From contig CAVVHU010000001.1 of assembly GCA_963748195.1 (NCBI GenBank), forward strand, positions 52,698 through 116,697: a stretch of 64,000 nt of DNA, written 5' to 3'. Below are positions 59,066 through 64,000 of the stretch, piece by piece. Within the stretch, counting starts at the first letter, position 1. Each line of letters starts with the position of its first letter. This stretch comes from an uncultured Chlamydiales bacterium (GTDB lineage: Bacteria > Chlamydiota > Chlamydiia > Chlamydiales > JAAKFR01). The notes below the pieces were generated by a model. That model did not search any database. It had not been told where the DNA came from and worked only from the letters and a program-made list of their open reading frames with translations. A program made the position numbers and the translations under genes.

Positions 59066-59569
59066 ATGAAATTTAGACACCGTTCTCTTATTATCATCTC
59101 AGGGCTAGTTTGGCTTTCAATTGGTATTTTTCTTTTGACACTTGGGCTGAACTTTATCTTCGAAACTGTCCAGAATCCGGATATAGCTTCTTTGCAAGGT
59201 CGTTTTTCTTTCTTAGGGCTTGCCGAAAAATTTATCGAAAACAAACAAAATGCTATTGCCGTACTCATTACTTTTGCTCTTTTCTTAGGGTATATAAAAG
59301 GGCGTACGGTTCTCGCAAAGACAGCAAATAAACAGGTCCAGAGGATTATGACCCTCCCCAATCCTGCTAGCATCAAATATCTCTATACAAAAGGGCAGCT
59401 TCTATTGATCGGACTGATGATTACGCTGGGGATTTCGATGCGTTTTTTTCCTATCACAACCGATACACGTGGCGTAGTAGATATCGCGATTGGGTTTGCA
59501 CTCATAAATGGAGGCATTCTCTTTTTCCGATCCGCAATAAATTTCCAATTTCTAAAGAATAAGGGTTAA
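59066..59569 (+). CDS. hypothetical membrane protein
   Basis: 167 aa, 4 predicted TM segments. Confidence 0.45.
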   Translation: MKFRHRSLIIISGLVWLSIGIFLLTLGLNFIFETVQNPDIASLQGRFSFLGLAEKFIENKQNAIAVLITFALFLGYIKGRTVLAKTANKQVQRIMTLPNPASIKYLYTKGQLLLIGLMITLGISMRFFPITTDTRGVVDIAIGFALINGGILFFRSAINFQFLKNKG

Positions 59570-59575
59570 CTATTT

Positions 59576-60607
59576 ATGAGTAACTCAACTACATTTATCA
59601 GAGTCTTATTTGTTATCTTAAGCTTAGTTTTCATGATCACATATTTTGTCGGCATGAACCTACAACCTTCACCTTGGGACTACGCATTCGGGGCAGGACT
59701 TGGATTGGCTGTTGGCGGTGTTCTGATCGCGATTGACTTCATTTTTAAACGTTTTAACCTCCGCTCGTTTAATATTGCCATTTTCGGGTTATTCGTTGGT
59801 TATCTGATGGCGTTAGCGCTGTTGCTCCTTATGGATACCCTTATCAAGATTACAGCCATTCACCCAACGCATTTCGTTGTAGAAGGCGCTAAAATCTTCC
59901 TCTTTTTATTCGGCACCTACTTGGGCGTGATCACAACCCTCCGCGCTTCGAATGAACTATACCTGAGCATTCCTTTTGTCAAATTCACTCCAAAAGCACA
60001 GCAAACCAAAGACGTTTTACTCGATCTCTCAGCTTTATGCGATCCACGCATCATCGATTTAGCAGCCTCCGGGCTTCTCGACCGCCACTTAGTACTCCCC
60101 CGCTTTCTCCTTAAGGAGCTCCATGCACAGGAAGAAGATGAAGAGTGTGGTCCGAGAGTCAAGCGCGCTCTTGAAGTCGTCAAAAAACTTGAATCGCTTC
60201 CTGAGTTAAACCTCCGCTATCAAGAAACAGATTTTCCTGATTTTAAAGAGAGCACAGATAAAGTACTTCGGCTAGCCCGTCTTCTAGATGCGAGCGTTCT
60301 CTCCGCTGACATCAACAGGGTGCAGATGATACAAGCAGAAGGGATTCGCGTGATCAACATTAATGCTCTTTCAAACGCCCTAAAACCCTTGATGCAACGC
60401 GGCGAAGTGATGAACATTAAAATCCAACGACATGGTAAAGAGGATCTACAAGGAGTTGGCTATTTAGAAGATGGAACAATGGTTGTCGTGAACGGGGGCG
60501 GTGATTATATTGGAGAATCTATCACCGTTCATGTGCTTTCGGTTAAACACACCTCCTCTGGAAGAATGATCTTTTGCAATGTAGCAGAGGACTTATGCAA
60601 TGCATGA
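59576..60607 (+). CDS. YacL-like membrane protein with PIN and TRAM domains
   Basis: N-terminal TM helices, central PIN-like acidic residues and a C-terminal TRAM (...GEVMNIKIQRHGKEDLQGVGYLEDGTMVVV...). Confidence 0.6.
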   Translation: MSNSTTFIRVLFVILSLVFMITYFVGMNLQPSPWDYAFGAGLGLAVGGVLIAIDFIFKRFNLRSFNIAIFGLFVGYLMALALLLLMDTLIKITAIHPTHFVVEGAKIFLFLFGTYLGVITTLRASNELYLSIPFVKFTPKAQQTKDVLLDLSALCDPRIIDLAASGLLDRHLVLPRFLLKELHAQEEDEECGPRVKRALEVVKKLESLPELNLRYQETDFPDFKESTDKVLRLARLLDASVLSADINRVQMIQAEGIRVININALSNALKPLMQRGEVMNIKIQRHGKEDLQGVGYLEDGTMVVVNGGGDYIGESITVHVLSVKHTSSGRMIFCNVAEDLCNA

Positions 60608-60995
60608 GGTGGTCAACGGAATTGGAACCGATATCATTGAGATTCGACGTATCCATGAGGCCATTGAACGGCATGGCGACCGATTTATCGATAGGCTTTT
60701 TTCAAACAGGGAAAAGAGCTATTGCCGGCAGTATCGGGATTCAGTTCCCCGATTTGCCGGACGATTCGCAGCAAAAGAGGCGATCTTAAAAGCATTGGGG
60801 ACAGGGCTAAAGCCTGACATTACTTGGCTAGAGGTAGAGGTGATCAATGATGTGCATGGAAAGCCAGAAGTACATCTCTCGGACCGTTTAGCGCAGCTTT
60901 TCCCGCATACCCGCCTTTTGATATCGATCAGCCATTGTAAAGAGTACGCAACAGCAACAGCAATATTAGTAGGAGTCGTGAATGGAACATCGTAA
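60600..60995 (+). CDS. acpS: holo-[acyl-carrier-protein] synthase
   Basis: [12 protein letters not shown] and [14 protein letters not shown] motifs. Confidence 0.85.
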   Translation: MHEVVNGIGTDIIEIRRIHEAIERHGDRFIDRLFSNREKSYCRQYRDSVPRFAGRFAAKEAILKALGTGLKPDITWLEVEVINDVHGKPEVHLSDRLAQLFPHTRLLISISHCKEYATATAILVGVVNGTS

Positions 60996-61932
60996 AGTAA
61001 TCATAATTGGATCGGGACCAGCGGGTTATACAGCCGCCCTTTATGCTGCCCGCGCCAACCTCGCCCCCCTCTTGTACGAAGGATTTTTCTCAGGGCCTGC
61101 CGGGGGTCAGTTGATGACGACAACAGAAGTTGAGAATTTCCCCGGTTTTCCGGAGGGCGTAACCGGCCCTGAGATGATGGATGCTTTTCGCAAACAATGC
61201 GCCCGTTTTGGCACAGACCTTTTACGCGAAGATGTCGAGTCTGTCGACCTTTCGTTGGCACCATTTAAAGTCGTTGGGAAAAAGACAAGTGCAACATGCG
61301 ACGCTCTGATTATTGCGACAGGGGCAACGGCACAACGTTTGGAGATTCAGGGTGCAGGAGAAGATGGATTTTGGCAAAAAGGTGTTACCGCCTGTGCGAT
61401 TTGCGATGGCGCCATGCCCATTTTTCGGAATAAGGAATTATACGTGATCGGTGGTGGGGATTCAGCTGTTGAAGAGGCGACTTTCTTGACAAAGTATGGA
61501 AGCAAGGTCTACATGGTCCACCGTCGTGATGAATTACGCGCCTCAAAGATCATGGCACAACGCGCGATCAACCACCCCAAAGTAGAGATTTTATGGGATT
61601 CGGAGATCGTAAAGATCGAGGGCGATAATATTGTCCGTTCTGTGACTGTAAAAAATGTTAAAACACAAGAAGAGGAAAAGCGCGAAGCCGCAGGCGTCTT
61701 CTTCGCAATCGGCCACAAGCCAAACACCGACTTTATCAATGGGCAATTAGAGACCAACCCGCAAGGCTATATCAAAGTAAAACCCGGAACCTCTTATACG
61801 AGCATAGAGGGTGTATTTGCTGCCGGCGATGTACAAGACCCTGTCTATCGGCAGGCGGTGACTGCAGCCGGAAGCGGCTGTATGGCAGCCATTGATGCCG
61901 AGAGATGGCTTGCTGAGAAAGGGCATCATTGA
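60982..61932 (+). CDS. trxB: thioredoxin reductase
   Basis: FAD site [10 protein letters not shown], redox-active CAIC, NADPH site [10 protein letters not shown]. Confidence 0.9.
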   Translation: MEHRKVIIIGSGPAGYTAALYAARANLAPLLYEGFFSGPAGGQLMTTTEVENFPGFPEGVTGPEMMDAFRKQCARFGTDLLREDVESVDLSLAPFKVVGKKTSATCDALIIATGATAQRLEIQGAGEDGFWQKGVTACAICDGAMPIFRNKELYVIGGGDSAVEEATFLTKYGSKVYMVHRRDELRASKIMAQRAINHPKVEILWDSEIVKIEGDNIVRSVTVKNVKTQEEEKREAAGVFFAIGHKPNTDFINGQLETNPQGYIKVKPGTSYTSIEGVFAAGDVQDPVYRQAVTAAGSGCMAAIDAERWLAEKGHH

Positions 61933-62738
61933 TAATGAAGGGTATTTGCCTCTTCATTTTGCTCTTTTCGCCCCTTTGTGCGACCGAATACGCCCCATGG
62001 TTTTCCCCTCTTTGGGAACTGCAAGGGCGTATTTCTTACTCCTATGATAAACAACACACCGTTCAGTCGCCAAAAGGGAATATTCGGGATCACAACAATG
62101 AATATACGATCCAATCGAGCTTAGGCGTCACTCCATGGCCTTATTGGAATGCTGAGATTGAGCTTTATCTCACCCATACAAACCGTATTCCCTTCTCCTA
62201 TGAGGCGCTTTTTGGAACTCTACGCTATCAATGGCTCGATGATATCCGCGGCGATCCCATCGCTCTTGTGACAGGAGTCACCTTTTCTTTTCCAGGAAAC
62301 CGCTATCTCCACGATTACAACTTCCCCTATCATGGGGATATTAACGGAGAGCTTCACTTTACAGTGGGCAAGGAGTGGGCATGCGAATACGAGTGGTGGA
62401 TGCGGATGTGGGCATTTGGCGGCTGGGGCATTGCCAATCGAGGAAATGGATGGCTCCATGGCATCGGTGTGATTGAGTTTCAGCCGCTCCCCTTTCAATG
62501 GGGCGTTTACACGGAAGCGCTTTGTGGATTGGGATCAAACGATATCATTGCCGCCGATCCATTCGAAGGGTATGCTTCCATCAACCACCAGAATGTCGAT
62601 ATCGGCGGATACTTCAGCTTCCCTGTAAATTCCTACGGGATGTTGACCTTTCAAGGATGGTATAATGCCTATGCACGCAATTACATCCAACACTACTGGG
62701 GTTTGGGATTAAGCCTTCAAATCCCTTTTAGCTTATAA
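61929..62738 (+). CDS. hypothetical secreted aromatic-rich protein, possible outer-membrane beta-barrel
   Basis: Signal peptide. W/Y/F-rich alternating pattern. C-terminus ...QIPFSL. Confidence 0.4.
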   Translation: MIMKGICLFILLFSPLCATEYAPWFSPLWELQGRISYSYDKQHTVQSPKGNIRDHNNEYTIQSSLGVTPWPYWNAEIELYLTHTNRIPFSYEALFGTLRYQWLDDIRGDPIALVTGVTFSFPGNRYLHDYNFPYHGDINGELHFTVGKEWACEYEWWMRMWAFGGWGIANRGNGWLHGIGVIEFQPLPFQWGVYTEALCGLGSNDIIAADPFEGYASINHQNVDIGGYFSFPVNSYGMLTFQGWYNAYARNYIQHYWGLGLSLQIPFSL

Positions 62739-64000
62739 GCAACGTGATGTTCGAGTTTTAAGGTGATTGTGGTTTCATCACAGATGGATGCAGGTCCAAA
62801 TAGCTGAATCGGCCCCGGATAGCAGTAATCATCTTCTAAACTCCACGCATCGCGAAGAGAGGCAAACCGCTTAAAAGGTTCGTCTTCAAGATCTACTAGA
62901 ACCTTTTGAATCACCGGCTTGAGCTTTCCTTTCCGCTCTTCCATATTCATCAACATCGTAATGGGAATACCGCCAATCTCCCACTGATCTACCCGATCAG
63001 ACAAATTGCGGATAACACCCATATAGCCTGTATGTCCTGAATCGATTAACACTGCAGCTGTAAAGCCTAGAGCATAACAGTAAGTCGCATCAAAGTTGGA
63101 TGGAAAACACGACCGTCCTTCATAACCCAAAAAGTGGCTTACTGGAGAGAATTTTCCTGTATAGTCTGAACGTTTTTTCAATTCATCAGTTACTGTATGC
63201 ACCAAGAGCTGTTCAGTCGAGATGTGCGAGACCTGTATGTTTCCATGGGGATCGCGTTCGAGGTTGAGCTGATCCATAATCTCTTTGGGAAGGAATTTTT
63301 CGTTCATCATCTGCTCAATCCCGGGAATAAAACCGATCAACCCTTCCGGAATCAAAATGACCCCAAAATTTTTCCCCTGTTTTGCACGGGCGCAGATGAC
63401 ATCGACAATCTTGTTGGTAATCTCTTGAAGAGTCATCCCTTTTGCCGCCACCTCTTCGCCGATCAACGCGATATTTGGATGTGTTTGTAAGGCGCATTCA
63501 AGGGTAATATGAGAGGCCGATCGCCCCATCAACTTGATGAAATGGTAATATTTTTTTGCAGAGAGGGCGTCGCGCTCGATATTGCCGATGGATTCAGAAT
63601 AAGTTTTGCAGGCAGTATCAAACCCAAATGAAGTCTCTACATAAGCATTTTTCAAATCACCGTCAATTGTTTTTGGAATCCCGACAACATGGGTATGGCA
63701 GTTATGCGTAAGAAAGTATTCAGCCAAAATGGCCGCATTTGTATTTGAATCATCCCCTCCTATGATAACAAGACCATCGAGGGCTAGCGCCTCGACATTT
63801 TTCTTCGCAGCCTCGAGCTGTTCCGGCGTTTCAATCTTGGTACGGCCGGAACCGATTAAATCAAAACCACCTGTATTGCGGTATCCAGCGATAACCGATT
63901 CGGTCAATTCGCGAAAACTATTCTCTACGATCCCAGTAGGGCCGCCTAGGAACCCAAAAAGACGACAGCCGTTATGCATTTTTTTTAAAGCATCGAACAA
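62717..64000 (-). CDS. pfp: pyrophosphate-dependent 6-phosphofructokinase (5'-partial; N-terminus beyond window end)
   Basis: PFK family blocks (...[12 protein letters not shown]..., ...GYEGRS...). Long C-terminal extension typical of PPi-PFK. No start codon within the window. Confidence 0.8.
   Translation of the reverse strand: MFDALKKMHNGCRLFGFLGGPTGIVENSFRELTESVIAGYRNTGGFDLIGSGRTKIETPEQLEAAKKNVEALALDGLVIIGGDDSNTNAAILAEYFLTHNCHTHVVGIPKTIDGDLKNAYVETSFGFDTACKTYSESIGNIERDALSAKKYYHFIKLMGRSASHITLECALQTHPNIALIGEEVAAKGMTLQEITNKIVDVICARAKQGKNFGVILIPEGLIGFIPGIEQMMNEKFLPKEIMDQLNLERDPHGNIQVSHISTEQLLVHTVTDELKKRSDYTGKFSPVSHFLGYEGRSCFPSNFDATYCYALGFTAAVLIDSGHTGYMGVIRNLSDRVDQWEIGGIPITMLMNMEERKGKLKPVIQKVLVDLEDEPFKRFASLRDAWSLEDDYCYPGPIQLFGPASICDETTITLKLEHHVAYKLKGI

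Overview
The window looks like a chromosomal segment of a Chlamydiae-type bacterium, probably an environmental or amoeba-associated chlamydia. Supporting lineage-typical genes: long-form IspG, PPi-dependent phosphofructokinase, a Pkn1-like kinase fused to an FGE-sulfatase domain, TamA/TamB, CesT-family type III secretion chaperones, an F-box protein and Ulp1-like and papain-fold cysteine protease candidates. Housekeeping content includes glgP, yggS, hemL, a hemJ-like gene, ispG, mlaEFD, rpsI-rplM, miaB, ligA, yidC-dnaA, argR-artJMP, fcl, lgt, acpS, trxB and a floA-nfeD membrane-microdomain operon. Every protein identification is my reading of motifs in the supplied translations; no database search was run.

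The most striking feature is an 8.4 kb array at 6.8-14.6 kb of three tandem paralogous genes on the minus strand. Each encodes a conserved ~85-aa N-terminus, seven or eight ~57-aa tandem repeats (probably beta-propeller blades, each with an N-x-T sequon), a Ser/Thr-rich stalk and one transmembrane helix. The cytoplasmic tails differ: absent in paralog A, YGD-type 12-aa repeats in paralog B, and a complete Hanks-type Ser/Thr kinase in paralog C. Paralog C therefore has a eukaryote-like type I receptor-kinase topology. The array is bounded by a ~35-bp direct repeat derived from the yggS 5' end, paralogs B and C share a ~470-bp near-identical 5' region with a conserved promoter, and each gene is followed by a decaying '...YGD...YGPVYGTVA' 3' module.

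Other notable items:
- a 1.2 kb cassette flanked by 25-29-bp direct repeats that carries a toxin-antitoxin remnant (antitoxin-like ORF plus a decayed toxin);
- a 176-bp element with perfect 28-bp terminal inverted repeats, MITE-like;
- tamA split at an A6 homopolymer;
- a chaperone-effector pair with an ATGA start-stop overlap;
- a secreted phytochelatin-synthase-like protein;
- a small Cys-rich secreted protein;
- a GC-rich islet with an F-box gene plus a remnant copy of its 3' end;
- in-frame 87-bp tandem repeats in the Pkn1-like kinase.
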